NCBI RefSeq assembly: GCF_042657365.1
Contig: NZ_JBHSKT010000002.1
Coordinates: 454,034-518,033, forward strand
Direction: 5' to 3'
Length of the DNA: 64,000 nt
From: Adhaeribacter terreus
GTDB lineage: Bacteria; Bacteroidota; Bacteroidia; Cytophagales; Hymenobacteraceae
The first letter of the stretch is position 1, and each line of letters starts with the position of its first letter. Position numbers and translations under genes: made by a program. The notes beneath the pieces were generated by a model. The model searched no databases. It saw nothing but the letters and a program-made list of their open reading frames with translations, and was not told where the DNA came from. This document shows, piece after piece, positions 40,317 to 50,781 of this stretch.

Positions 40317-40613
40317 AAGCTGGTAGATAAGTTCTTTAACAATTGCCGCGGAAAAGGCTATCCGGATGCCATTACCAAAGAAGTCTGGCGGCAGGTAGAA
40401 TCGTTTGCTGGTTATTCGTTTTCTAAAACGCATTCTTCCTCTTTTGCCGTGGAAAGCTACCAGAGTTTGTACCTGAAAGTGCATTTCCCGCTGGAATTTA
40501 TGGTGGCCGTGATCAACAATTTCGGAGGCTTTTACCGTACTTGGGTATATGTAAACGAAGCCAGGAATGCCGCTTTAATACATAGCCCTATATCGTGCCA
40601 CCTGAGTTGCTGA
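40317..40613 (+). pseudogene. Internal fragment of DNA polymerase III alpha subunit (dnaE)-like gene
   Basis: Translation GKGYPDAITKEVWRQVESFAGYSFSKTHSSSFAVESYQSLYLKVHFPLEFMVAVI matches the conserved DnaE ...[37 protein letters not shown] region. Stops bound it on both sides. Confidence 0.6.
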
Positions 40614-41219
40614 AAATTTATACCTGATGGGAATGACTTGAATTTATCTTCGCGTTTTGCAGTAAGGAAAACCAAAAGCTTAAAATCCGCACCTTTTTCG
40701 GCTAGTATTTTTGCATAAGAATCTAATTGTTCAATTCCCTCTGTTGATGCTATCTTGCTTTCAATAATCACGTGAGAGTGACCCAAATTAATCTCCAGGT
40801 CAGTTCGCCTTTTCTGGGCAGCATAAATACTTTGAGTTTCAACGGTAGCTGAACCTATATTTTTATTCACAAGCTTCAACAGATTCAAAAACCGCTCTCT
40901 GAAAACTTTATCCGAATCCAGGCAGAAGGCAAATATCTCAGTAAGATAGTCTTCTAAGGGCCTGTTACTTGCCTTTAGGTGAAGATTAAAAAGCTTATTA
41001 AAGATTGGTTTCTTTACTTTCTAAGTTATTCGCTTACTTCTCCAAAGCCGCCAAAACCGTTCTAAAACTCTCCAATCCAGCTCCCAGATTTTCGATAATG
41101 TCCTCTGCCAAAACATCCGGATCGGGGAGGTTATCCAAATCAGCGAGGGACTGGGCTTTGAGCCAGGTGATGTCGAGGCTGGTTTTGTCGCGGGCTATCT
41201 GTTCCGGATTCTGATTCAT
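40532..41219 (-). pseudogene. Frameshifted gene of a putative restriction-endonuclease-fold (D...E-x-K) protein
   Basis: Two minus-strand ORFs, 41219-41034 and an open frame running 41024-40532, are offset by one base. The downstream part contains DLEINLGHSHVIIESK. Confidence 0.4.
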
Positions 41220-41400
41220 GCGTGGGAATTAGTAAGGCTTAAATATAGGGAATTCCTGATTAATTCCGTAACAATACAGTGGAGCAAGCTTTTTGACGGG
41301 TTTATTTCGTTTGCGCAAAAAGTAGTTTCATAACCATGAAACTGATTCAAATCGCCTGTTTTTTCCCATTAATAACTTCACTTTAAATATGTGATTCACC

Positions 41401-42354
41401 TTAAAAAAGCTGTTCCGCAATTTTCCGTACAGAGTCCGATTTTCCCATGGAGTAAAAATGCAGGCAAGGCACGCCCGCCAACATCAGTTCTTTACTTTGT
41501 TGCACCGCCCAGTTTATACCTAATTCTGCAGCTGCTTTATTGTCTTTACAGGCTTCCAAGGCACTGGCCAACTCGTCCGGAATTTCCAGATGAAACAGGC
41601 TGGGAAGTAAGGTTAGTTGCGATTTGGTCGTGATAGGTTTTAAGCCTGGTAAAATTGGCACATCAATCCCGATTTCGCGGCAATTCGCTACAAAATCGAA
41701 GTACTTCTTATTATCGAAGAACATTTGTGTTACAATGTATTTGGCACCCAGATCTACTTTCTTTTTAAGCCAGCGCAGATCCGCTCTGGCATTGGGCGCT
41801 TCGAAATGCTTTTCCGGATAACCAGCTACTCCCACACAGAAATCGGTATTGCAGCAATCTATCTGTTCTTCATCTAAATACCGGCCCTTGTTCATATCGT
41901 CAATCTGTTTCACCAGATCGCTGGCGTAATGATGACCGTCCGGTTCCGGTACAAACCGCGATTCGCTTTTCACACAATCGCCGCGCAACGCCAGTACATT
42001 ATCGATGCCCAGGAAATGCATATCGATCAGCGCATTTTCTGTTTCTTCCTTAGAAAAACCGCCGCAAATCAAATGGGGCACGGTATCTACTTTGTAATGG
42101 TTCTGAATGGCCGCACAAATACCCACCGTTCCCGGGCGTTTCCGCGTGGAACGTTTCTCCAGCAAGCCGTTTTCGCGCTGCTTATAAACATATTCTTCGC
42201 GGTGGTAAGTTACGTCAATAAACGGCGGCTTGAATTCCATCAAAGGATCGATGTGATCGAAAAGCCCTTTAAGCGTCTGGCCTTTTAATGGCGGCAGGAT
42301 CTCGAAGGAGAAAAGTGTGTCTTTGGCATTCTTAAAATGCTCGGTAACTTTCAT
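41401..42354 (-). CDS. metF: 5,10-methylenetetrahydrofolate reductase
   Basis: Begins FSFEILPPLKG and carries MetF family motifs. Confidence 0.85.
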   Translation of the reverse strand: MKVTEHFKNAKDTLFSFEILPPLKGQTLKGLFDHIDPLMEFKPPFIDVTYHREEYVYKQRENGLLEKRSTRKRPGTVGICAAIQNHYKVDTVPHLICGGFSKEETENALIDMHFLGIDNVLALRGDCVKSESRFVPEPDGHHYASDLVKQIDDMNKGRYLDEEQIDCCNTDFCVGVAGYPEKHFEAPNARADLRWLKKKVDLGAKYIVTQMFFDNKKYFDFVANCREIGIDVPILPGLKPITTKSQLTLLPSLFHLEIPDELASALEACKDNKAAAELGINWAVQQSKELMLAGVPCLHFYSMGKSDSVRKIAEQLF

Positions 42355-42451
42355 TTATTTTCGTCTGTCGTTTTTTCGTTGTTCGTTATTCGATATTTAG
42401 CCCGGAGTTTTTGAGGTGTTTGGATAGGGTTTTTTCCTTATGCTTTCACTT

Positions 42452-42602
42452 TATTTGGTCATCTCGACGTCAGGAGAGATCTCATCTAGTTAGCAGAAGC
42501 CTTTATCTAGCTTTTCTACTTTATTCGGAAGATCTCTCCTGACGTCGAGATGACCAAATAACTTTCGTAGCGTAGGGTTTAAACCCTACGCTACGAAAGT
42601 TA
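42452..42602. repeat. Compound palindromic element: 28-bp perfect inverted repeat arms plus adjacent 42-bp perfect palindrome
   Basis: TTGGTCATCTCGACGTCAGGAGAGATCT at 42455-42482 is inverted at 42530-42557. AACTTTCGTAGCGTAGGGTTT|AAACCCTACGCTACGAAAGTT lies at 42561-42602. Confidence 0.8.
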
Positions 42603-42637
42603 TAGAAAACACTTTTTACGATCCAAACCCTACCGTT

Positions 42638-45600
42638 TTACACCAGTATTTTCGCTGGTTTCGGGTCATAATTCAGGTTCGGCGATAACCAGCGTTCCAG
42701 TTCTTTCTTAGGCATGTTTTTGCGTTCGGCAATGTCGGCCACCTGATCTTCGCCAATTTTCCCCAAACCAAAATACCGGCTTTGCGGATGCGCGAAATAC
42801 AAACCGCTCACCGATGCCGCCGGATACATTGCCAGGTTTTCGGTTAGCTTGATTCCGGTTTCTTCTTCCACATTTAGCAGGTTAAACAAAGTCATTTTCT
42901 CGGTATGATCCGGGCAGCCCGGGTAACCCGGCGCCGGCCGAATGCCCTGATATTTCTCCTTGATCAGTTCTTCGTTTTCCAGCTTTTCTTCCGGCGCGTA
43001 ACCCCACAATTCTTTCCGTACTTTTTCGTGCAGGTGTTCGGCGAAAGCTTCAGCTAAACGGTCGGCCAAGGCCTTCAACATGATGGCGCGGTAATCGTCG
43101 TGGGCGGCTTCGTATTCGGCCAGAAGTTTTTCGATGCCAAATCCTACGCTTACCGCAAACCCGCCCACGTAATCCGTCAGGCCGGATTCTTCCGGGGCAA
43201 TGAAATCGGAGAACGCTAAATTTGGAACGTTCGCGCCTTTTTTACCTTGCTGGCGCAGCGTGTGGAACCGGGTTAGTTCTTCGGTTTTAGCTTCGTCCTG
43301 ATACACTACAATCGTATCGTCGGCTTGGGTATTGGCGGGGAAGAAACCAACTACCGCGCGGGCTTCCAGCAAATTGTTGGCTACAATTTCCTGCAGCATC
43401 TCCTGCGCATCGTTATAAAGTTTAGTGGCTTCGGTGCCGTATTCCGGGTCGGTTAAGATCTTCGGGAACTGGCGTTTTAATTCCCAGGCGTGGAAGAACG
43501 GTGTCCAGTCGATGTATGGCACCAGCTCGGCCAGCGGGTAATTCCGGAAAGTTTTGGTGCCTAACAGGTTTGGTTTCTGAATGTCTTCCGCTTTCCATTC
43601 AATCGGGAATTTATTAGCGCGGGCTTTTTCAATGCTTACATACTGACGGTCCTTTGTGCGGCTTAAATGTTCTTCGCGTAGCTCTGCATATTCGGCTTTA
43701 ATTTCCTGAATGTAAGTTTCGCGGTTGCTGCCCAATAAGTTACTTACTACAGTTACGCTGCGCGAAGCATCGTGCACATGCACTACCGGTCCGCTGTACT
43801 GCGGCGCAATTTTCACGGCGGTATGTACGCGGGAAGTAGTAGCGCCGCCAATTAAAAGCGGAATATTCATACCACGGCGTTCCATTTCCTGAGCCACGTA
43901 AACCATTTCGTCCAACGAAGGCGTGATCAATCCGCTCAAACCTAAAACATCTACTTTTTGCGCTTCGGCTTCGGCCAGGATTTTATCCAGCGAAACCATT
44001 ACGCCCAGGTCGATCACTTCGTAATTATTACAGGCCAAAACTACGCCTACAATGTTTTTGCCGATGTCGTGTACGTCGCCTTTAACCGTTGCCATTAAGA
44101 TCTTTCCAGCAGCATTTCTACCGCTACCGGCTTTTTCTTTTTCCATGAACGGCAACAAATAGGCCACCGATTTTTTCATTACGCGCGCACTTTTTACTAC
44201 CTGCGGCAGGAACATTTTACCAGCGCCAAACAAGTCGCCAACCACCTGCATACCGGCCATTAACGGACCTTCAATTACGTCCAGGGTTTTGGTGGCTTTC
44301 TGACGGGCTTCTTCGGTATCTTCGTCGATAAATTCTACAATTCCTTTTGCCAAAGCGTACTTTAAGCGTTCTTCTACCGGAGCCTGGCGCCAGGCATCGT
44401 CTTCTTTCTCGGCCGCTTTTCCTTTGCCTTTAATGGTTTCCGCGAAGGTTACCAATTTTTCGGTGGCATCAGGGTGGCGGTTGAAAATTACGTCTTCGAT
44501 CAGGTCTCTTAGTTGCGGTTCAATCTCGTCGTAAGTGCCCAGCATACCGGCGTTCACGATGCCCATATCCATACCTGCTTTCACGGCGTGGTACAGGAAA
44601 ATGGTGTGCATGGCTTCACGCACCGCATAGTTGCCTCGGAAAGAGAACGACAGGTTACTTACGCCGCCGCTCACCAAGGCATGCGGCAGGTTTTCTTTGA
44701 TCCAGGTAATAACTTTCAGGAAATCGACGGCGTAGTTGTTATGTTCTTCAATGCCGGTGGCAATGGCCAGAATATTCGGGTCGAAAATGATGTCTTGCGG
44801 CGGGAAACCAACTTCATCTACCAGAATGCGGTAGCTGCGTTCGCAAATCTCTTTTCTGCGCTCCAGCGTATCGGCCTGACCTGTTTCATCAAAAGCCATA
44901 ACCACCACGGCGGCGCCGTACTGACGCACTTTGCGGGCAACTTTTTTGAAACTTTCTTCGCCTTCTTTTAAGCTGATGGAGTTTACAATGGATTTGCCCT
45001 GCACGCATTTCAAACCGGCTTCTATCACGCTCCATTTCGAAGAATCGATCATGATCGGGCGTTTGGAAATATCGGGCTCGGAAGCGATGAGGTGCAGGAA
45101 ATTGGTCATGGCCGCTTCGGAATTCAGCATGCCTTCGTCCATGTTCACGTCGATGATCTGCGCGCCGGCTTCCACTTGCTGACGGGCTACCGAAAGCGCT
45201 TCTTCAAACTGTTCGTTTAAAATCAGCTTTGCGAATTTCTTGGAGCCGGTTACGTTGGTGCGTTCGCCTACGTTCACGAATAAACTTTCCGGGAAAATAG
45301 TAAGTGGCTCCAAACCAGAGAAGCGTGGTAACGGCGCAATTTCAGGCAGTTTACGCGGCGGGTATTTATCAACCAATTCGGCCAGGCGTTTTACGTGCAC
45401 CGGCGTAGTGCCGCAACAACCGCCCACTACGTTTACCAGGCCTTCCTTCAGGTATTCTTCCACAATTTCGGCCATCTGTTCCGCCGATTCGTCGTAGCCG
45501 CCGAAAGCGTTTGGTAAGCCGGCATTCGGATAAGCGCTGATGTAGGAAACGGAAATGCGGGATAATTCCTGGATGTGGGTTTTTAACTGACGGGCACCCA

Positions 45601-46339
45601 AAGCACAGTTAAAGCCAACGCTCAACACTGGTGCGTGCGAAATGGAATTCCAGAAAGCTTCTACGGTTTGTCCGGAAAGAGTACGGCCGCTGGCATCGGT
45701 AATGGTACCGGAAATCATGAGCGGAAGTTCCTTACCACCATCGTTTACAAATTGCTGAATGGCAAACAAAGCAGCCTTGCAGTTCAGGGTATCGAAAACG
45801 GTTTCAACCAGAAGCAGATCGCAGCCGCCTTCGGTTAAGCCTTTTACTTGTTCGTAATAAGCGGTAACTAATTCGTCGAAAGAAATGGCGCGGTAGCCCG
45901 GGCGGTTTACATCCGGGGAAAGGGAAGCGGTGCGGTTGGTCGGGCCAATGGCACCGGCTACGAAGCGCGGTTTGTTCGGAGTTTTTGCTTCGATTTCAAT
46001 AGCGATTTCCTTAGCAATGCGGGCAGATTCGTAGTTCAGCTCATACACCAAGCTTTCCAGCGCGTAATCGGCCATGGCAATGGTGGTACCGCTGAAGGTA
46101 TTGGTTTCAATGATATCGGCTCCGGCTTCTAAATATTCGCGGTGGATGTTCTGGATAATATCCGGGCGGGTGAGGGAAAGTAGATCGTTATTTCCCTTTA
46201 AATCTTTTGGATGAGCCTTGAAACGTTCGCCCCGGAAATCTGCTTCCGTAAGCTTGTAACGCTGGATCATGGTACCCATTGCGCCATCGAGCACAAGTAC
46301 GCGTTCTTGCAGTAATTTATAGATTGGGTGATTTTTCAT
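42638..46339 (-). CDS. metH: Cobalamin-dependent methionine synthase
   Basis: 1233 aa with the Hcy-binding, pterin, B12 ([11 protein letters not shown]) and AdoMet-activation domains. Confidence 0.9.
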   Translation of the reverse strand: MKNHPIYKLLQERVLVLDGAMGTMIQRYKLTEADFRGERFKAHPKDLKGNNDLLSLTRPDIIQNIHREYLEAGADIIETNTFSGTTIAMADYALESLVYELNYESARIAKEIAIEIEAKTPNKPRFVAGAIGPTNRTASLSPDVNRPGYRAISFDELVTAYYEQVKGLTEGGCDLLLVETVFDTLNCKAALFAIQQFVNDGGKELPLMISGTITDASGRTLSGQTVEAFWNSISHAPVLSVGFNCALGARQLKTHIQELSRISVSYISAYPNAGLPNAFGGYDESAEQMAEIVEEYLKEGLVNVVGGCCGTTPVHVKRLAELVDKYPPRKLPEIAPLPRFSGLEPLTIFPESLFVNVGERTNVTGSKKFAKLILNEQFEEALSVARQQVEAGAQIIDVNMDEGMLNSEAAMTNFLHLIASEPDISKRPIMIDSSKWSVIEAGLKCVQGKSIVNSISLKEGEESFKKVARKVRQYGAAVVVMAFDETGQADTLERRKEICERSYRILVDEVGFPPQDIIFDPNILAIATGIEEHNNYAVDFLKVITWIKENLPHALVSGGVSNLSFSFRGNYAVREAMHTIFLYHAVKAGMDMGIVNAGMLGTYDEIEPQLRDLIEDVIFNRHPDATEKLVTFAETIKGKGKAAEKEDDAWRQAPVEERLKYALAKGIVEFIDEDTEEARQKATKTLDVIEGPLMAGMQVVGDLFGAGKMFLPQVVKSARVMKKSVAYLLPFMEKEKAGSGRNAAGKILMATVKGDVHDIGKNIVGVVLACNNYEVIDLGVMVSLDKILAEAEAQKVDVLGLSGLITPSLDEMVYVAQEMERRGMNIPLLIGGATTSRVHTAVKIAPQYSGPVVHVHDASRSVTVVSNLLGSNRETYIQEIKAEYAELREEHLSRTKDRQYVSIEKARANKFPIEWKAEDIQKPNLLGTKTFRNYPLAELVPYIDWTPFFHAWELKRQFPKILTDPEYGTEATKLYNDAQEMLQEIVANNLLEARAVVGFFPANTQADDTIVVYQDEAKTEELTRFHTLRQQGKKGANVPNLAFSDFIAPEESGLTDYVGGFAVSVGFGIEKLLAEYEAAHDDYRAIMLKALADRLAEAFAEHLHEKVRKELWGYAPEEKLENEELIKEKYQGIRPAPGYPGCPDHTEKMTLFNLLNVEEETGIKLTENLAMYPAASVSGLYFAHPQSRYFGLGKIGEDQVADIAERKNMPKKELERWLSPNLNYDPKPAKILV

Positions 46340-46344
46340 TGGTT

Positions 46345-46512
46345 TCTTTCTTCAGGCATAAAACAAAACCTATCAAGAAAGACAACCGCTATGGAGAGGC
46401 TGCAATCCTTATCTTCCCTTACCAGGTGTGGCAAGGAGGGAGGTAGCACCAAGTCGGAACAAGGTTGCTAAGACGTCATCGGGCCCAATCCCTCGGTCTT
46501 TCTTGATAAGTA
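46345..46512 (-). promoter_or_regulatory. SAM-I (S-box) riboswitch in metH leader
   Basis: Minus-strand CTTATCAAGAAAGACCGAGGGATTGGGCCCGATGACG..GCAACC...GGTGCTAcCTCC...GGAAGATAAG. A downstream segment complementary to the P1 5' arm plus a U-run forms the expression platform. Confidence 0.75.
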
Positions 46513-46837
46513 GGGCAAATATAATTCTGAATCTTACAATTATCCAAATTTATTTTTCAAGTCTACTTTTTCGCCATGAAACGATAGCGTTTTATAACCC
46601 GATTTGCTGGAAGTTTTCCTCAGGAATTGTTTCGCCGGAAATTTTATCGAACCCGCTTTCCAAAGTAGTTCCAATCCGGCAGGAAAATTAAAACGGTATG
46701 GTTTGGGGCAGAAAAAGTATTTACCGATACCTTATTAATAGGTTTGCAAATGTTTGTTTATTAATAAGTTAAAAAAATATTTTTTAAAAATAATTTGGAA
46801 GTTCCGGAAATGTGCGCTTACCTTTGTCGCAGTAAAA

Positions 46838-47010
46838 TTCTTATCCAGAAAGGTGGAGGGACAGGCCCTAAGATACCTTGGCAACCTAACTCTTGAGTAA
46901 AGGTGCTAACTCCTGCTCCGCAGCAATGCGGGGGAAGATAAGCAAGATCGAGCAAGTTGTTGTATTTAAAAAATACAAGCTCTTCTGTCTTATCAGAAGA
47001 GCTTTTTTTA
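46838..47010 (+). promoter_or_regulatory. SAM-I (S-box) riboswitch with terminator, leader of trans-sulfuration/hom operon
   Basis: CTTATCCAGAAAGGTGGAGGGACAGGCCC...GGCAACC...AAGGTGCTAACTCCTGC...GGAAGATAAG, then the terminator AAGCTCTTCTGtcttatCAGAAGAGCTTTTTTT at 46976-47009. Confidence 0.8.
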
Positions 47011-47084
47011 TGCCTTTCCGGTAAGCTTTCTGGATAAGTGGTTTTAAAAAATTATACCGTTCAACCATAAAAATTCAGAAAGAA

Positions 47085-48269
47085 ATGAAAACCACAACTA
47101 CCCTTTTACACAGCATTCCAGCCGATCCGTTAACCGGCGCCATCTCCGTTCCGATCTACCAGACTTCCACTTTCGTGCAGGAAGCACCCGGCGTAAACCA
47201 GGGCTTCGATTATGCTCGTAGCAACAATCCAACCCGCAAAGTGCTGGAAGATTTAGTGGCGGTTCTGGAAGACGGTAGTAACGCATACGCTTTCGCAAGT
47301 GGTTTAGCTGCCATCGATGCCGTAGTAAAGGTGCTCGAAGCCGGCGACGAAATTCTGGCCGTAGATGATATTTACGGCGGCGCTTTTCGGCAATTCACGC
47401 ACATTTTCCAGAAATTCGGGATAAAAGTAACCTACGCCGATACCACTAAAGTTGAAAACGTTGTCGATGCGATCACGCCGAAAACCAGGCTGATCTGGCT
47501 CGAAAGTCCGACTAACCCAACGCTGAAAATTTCCGACATCCGTGAGATCGCCAAAATTGCCGAAGCCAATAATTGTTTGCTTTGCGTGGATAATACGTTT
47601 GCTTCGCCGGTAGGCCAGAACCCGATCAATTTAGGAGCAGATCTGGTGGTGCACAGCGCTACGAAATACCTGGGTGGCCACTCCGATCTGATCGCCGGAA
47701 TTGTAGTTACCAAGACCCCGGAGTTAGGCGAAAAAATCAAATTCATTCAAAATGCGTGCGGCACTATTTTAAGCCCTTTCGATAGCTGGCTGACCATTCG
47801 GGGCATCGAAACCTTGCCACTGCGTTTCGAGCGTCACAGTAAATCTGCACAGCAAATTGCTGCGTTTCTGACAAACTGCGAACTAATCCGAAACGTGTAT
47901 TATCCGGGTTTGATCGACCATGGAAATTACGAAATTGCAGTAAAGCAGCAGCGGCTTTTTGGTGGCGTAATTGCCTTCGATCTGAAAGTTGATTCGGCAG
48001 AATTAGCAACGGAAATCGTTTGTTCCACCAAGCTTTTTAAACTGGCAGAAAGTCTGGGAGGGGCGAAAAGTTTGCTGTGCCACCCGGCTACCATGACGCA
48101 TAAATCCATTCCCAGAGAAAAGCGCTACAATACCGGCGTAACCGATAGTTTGATTCGTTTATCAGTTGGTTTGGAAGATGCCGAAGACCTGATCGAAGAT
48201 TTGAAAACTGTTTTTAAAACGGTAGGGGAAAAGACGAAAAAACTCACACAAACATCCACTCAAAACTAA
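47085..48269 (+). CDS. Cys/Met-metabolism PLP-dependent enzyme (cystathionine gamma-synthase/beta-lyase family)
   Basis: SATKYLGGHSDLIAG PLP-lysine motif. 394 aa. Confidence 0.8.
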   Translation: MKTTTTLLHSIPADPLTGAISVPIYQTSTFVQEAPGVNQGFDYARSNNPTRKVLEDLVAVLEDGSNAYAFASGLAAIDAVVKVLEAGDEILAVDDIYGGAFRQFTHIFQKFGIKVTYADTTKVENVVDAITPKTRLIWLESPTNPTLKISDIREIAKIAEANNCLLCVDNTFASPVGQNPINLGADLVVHSATKYLGGHSDLIAGIVVTKTPELGEKIKFIQNACGTILSPFDSWLTIRGIETLPLRFERHSKSAQQIAAFLTNCELIRNVYYPGLIDHGNYEIAVKQQRLFGGVIAFDLKVDSAELATEIVCSTKLFKLAESLGGAKSLLCHPATMTHKSIPREKRYNTGVTDSLIRLSVGLEDAEDLIEDLKTVFKTVGEKTKKLTQTSTQN

Positions 48270-48276
48270 GTTAACC

Positions 48277-49542
48277 ATGGCAAGAAAGAATTTAACGATC
48301 GGCCTTTTTGGCTTTGGCTGCGTGGGTTTTGGTTTGTATGAAGTGCTGCACAAAACGCCGGGGCTGAAAACCACCATCAAAAATATCTGCGTAAAGCATC
48401 CGGAAAAAGCCCGGCCAATTGCGGCCGCAAACTTTACTTTCGATAAAAACACTATCCTTTCGGACCCGGAAATTAATGTGGTGGTAGAACTGATAGACGA
48501 TTCGGAGGTGGCTTTTGAAATTGTTTCCGAAGCTTTGAAAAACGGTAAAGCAGTGGTTTCGGCCAACAAAAAAATGATCGCGGAACACTTTCAGGAATTG
48601 CTGGATTTGCAGCGCGAATACCAGGTGCCTTTGCTGTACGAAGCGGCCTGCTGCGCTAGTATTCCCATCATCCGGAACCTGGAAGAATATTACGACACGG
48701 ATCTTTTGCAAAGTATTGAAGGTATTGTAAATGGTTCTACCAATTACATTCTGACCAAAACGTTTGCGGAAAACCTGAGTTATGAAACAGCTTTGCGCGA
48801 AGCCCAGGAAAACGGTTACGCGGAATCTGATCCGAGTTTAGATACGCAGGGAATTGATGCGAAGTACAAACTGCTTTTGCTGCTGGCGCACGCCTTCGGG
48901 CAAATTGTAAAGCCGCAGGATATCTTCAACTTCGGAATAAACAAACTCAGAGACCTCGACCTGCAATTCGCTAAGGAAAAAGGCCTGAAGATCAAGTTGG
49001 TGGCGCAGGCTTTCAAAAACGAAAACCAAAGCATTAGCTGTTTTGTATTGCCCAAATTCGTAAAACCCGGCGACAAACTTTTTGACATAGATGATGTATT
49101 TAACGGCATAATTACCCAGAACAATTTCTCCGATACGCAATTTTTTGTAGGCAAAGGTGCTGGCGCATTTCCAACGGCTTCCGCTGTTCTATCCGATCTT
49201 TCAGCCTTGACTTACGATTACAGATACGAGTATAAAAAGCTGAATCAGGCAGAAATCTTAACGATCAATAATGAGCTGGTACTAAAGGTTTTTCTGAGCA
49301 GCCGGGAAACCAAAACGCAGGTGCTTTTCACGTATTTTCATAAAGTAGAAGAATCGTATCGGAGCCAGGAAACCGGCTATCTTGTTGGATATATTAGTCT
49401 GAAGAAACTACAGCAACTTATTCAATTGGTTCCAGATGCCTCCGTTATTTTAATAGAAGCAAAGCCTGGTTTGAAAGATCAGAATCTGGTAACTAAAGTT
49501 GAGCTAGAACCAGTTTATGTATCTGATTCCTTAATCGTTTGA
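48277..49542 (+). CDS. hom: Homoserine dehydrogenase
   Basis: IGLFGFGCVGFG NAD site, VVSANKKMIAE, GIVNGSTNYILT, and ESDPSLDTQGIDAKYKLLLL. Confidence 0.8.
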   Translation: MARKNLTIGLFGFGCVGFGLYEVLHKTPGLKTTIKNICVKHPEKARPIAAANFTFDKNTILSDPEINVVVELIDDSEVAFEIVSEALKNGKAVVSANKKMIAEHFQELLDLQREYQVPLLYEAACCASIPIIRNLEEYYDTDLLQSIEGIVNGSTNYILTKTFAENLSYETALREAQENGYAESDPSLDTQGIDAKYKLLLLLAHAFGQIVKPQDIFNFGINKLRDLDLQFAKEKGLKIKLVAQAFKNENQSISCFVLPKFVKPGDKLFDIDDVFNGIITQNNFSDTQFFVGKGAGAFPTASAVLSDLSALTYDYRYEYKKLNQAEILTINNELVLKVFLSSRETKTQVLFTYFHKVEESYRSQETGYLVGYISLKKLQQLIQLVPDASVILIEAKPGLKDQNLVTKVELEPVYVSDSLIV

Positions 49543-49602
49543 TAAGAATATATGTTCTTTTTTAACTTTTGTAAGTGAGTTTGATAATTACTTATATGCT
49601 CA

Positions 49603-49638
49603 AAAAAGCCTTCCATACTAAAATGGAAGGCTTTTTTG
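49603..49638 (+). terminator. Rho-independent terminator after hom
   Basis: AAAAAAGCCTTCCATactaaaATGGAAGGCTTTTTT. It is flanked by A- and T-runs and could act bidirectionally. Confidence 0.55.
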
Positions 49639-50170
49639 ATGGCTAAGCAAATGCTATTACTGAATTTGAATAAACAGCAATAATTGAAATATATGAAGCA
49701 GCATTTCAATAATCTTTCTATTAATATCAGTGCGTCATATTCAACACTAAGTCAATAGTATCTATTCTATTTCTACATCTGGTAAAGTGCAATTGTAGAA
49801 CTTTAGAGGTTCAGTTTTATTCTTGAGAAATAAATCAATCATATATTGCTTAGAAAGTTCAAACCATTTGGTGATAAGATAAACCTTCGCACATTGGTGA
49901 AATTTTTTTTTGTTTTTTTTTTCATGGTAAAAAAAGGCTTTAATTTATTTCTGAAGCAGTTTTTAATATTGATTTACTGCCTTCTTAATATATCACATCA
50001 TAAAAAAAGCTGCAACACCTTCTAATAGGCACCCTTCTTGCATAAAGTGTATATGTAGGACATAAAGCTGATAATTTGATAACAATTTTACTAAAACCTG
50101 TTGCCTGTAAATGCTGATTAAATCTGCATTTATTACAAAATCAATTATTTACATTTTAATTTTTTCAATT

Positions 50171-50461
50171 ATGTTCAGGTCATTAGTAATTTTAGCAATT
50201 TCAGCCGTTTTGATGTTAAGTGGTACTGCTTGTTCTTCAACCATGAGAACAGCCGAAGGTCATAAATATAAGCCATTAACAAAATTTAATTTCCGGTTCA
50301 ATAATAACCAGGTAAGTTCTGCCTCGGTGTATAAACGTTATGTGGCGTATAATAAGCGTCAGGCGGCAAAGGGCAAAGTAAAACCGCAACAAATGGTTGC
50401 CAAAAAGAACGCTAAACCACAATCAACTACAGCTAAAAAAGGTTTGCTGGCGGTTCAATAA
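50171..50461 (+). CDS. Small Lys-rich secreted/lipoprotein-like hypothetical protein
   Basis: Signal peptide MFRSLVILAISAVLMLSGTAC, then a K-rich tail. It lies in the AT-rich island. Confidence 0.35.
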   Translation: MFRSLVILAISAVLMLSGTACSSTMRTAEGHKYKPLTKFNFRFNNNQVSSASVYKRYVAYNKRQAAKGKVKPQQMVAKKNAKPQSTTAKKGLLAVQ

Positions 50462-50781
50462 TATAATTCCAATTAATTTAATACCGGATCTGATTTTAGA
50501 TAGTTTCAGGCAATTGGCTTGAATCTGCTCTTCTATTCGGAGACAAAAATCTGGTGCTGGTGGTAGGGTTGAAGAAGGACTTTAGTATTAATAAAAACGC
50601 TATCTTTTTTGCATTAAAACTAACAGATAGCTCTTAAAACACAAAAAACGTACCGGCAAAGCCCGTACGCTTTTTGTGTAATTGATTTAATATTAAGGTT
50701 AAACGCAAAAATGAAGAAAATGGTTTTTTATGCTGATTCTTATAGCGTTTTTTACCAAAAGGGTTAACAACTTCTTCGAAA

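Noticed and set aside
26585-41300. Calling 26.6-41.3 kb a tRNA-Ser-integrated genomic island
   Set aside because: I could not find a direct repeat of the tRNA 3' end at the distal side. The region also contains plausibly core stress genes (pspA, flotillin). It is left as a suggestion to check rather than a call.
46886-47068. 60-aa minus-strand ORF
   Set aside because: It lies inside the plus-strand SAM-I riboswitch and terminator.
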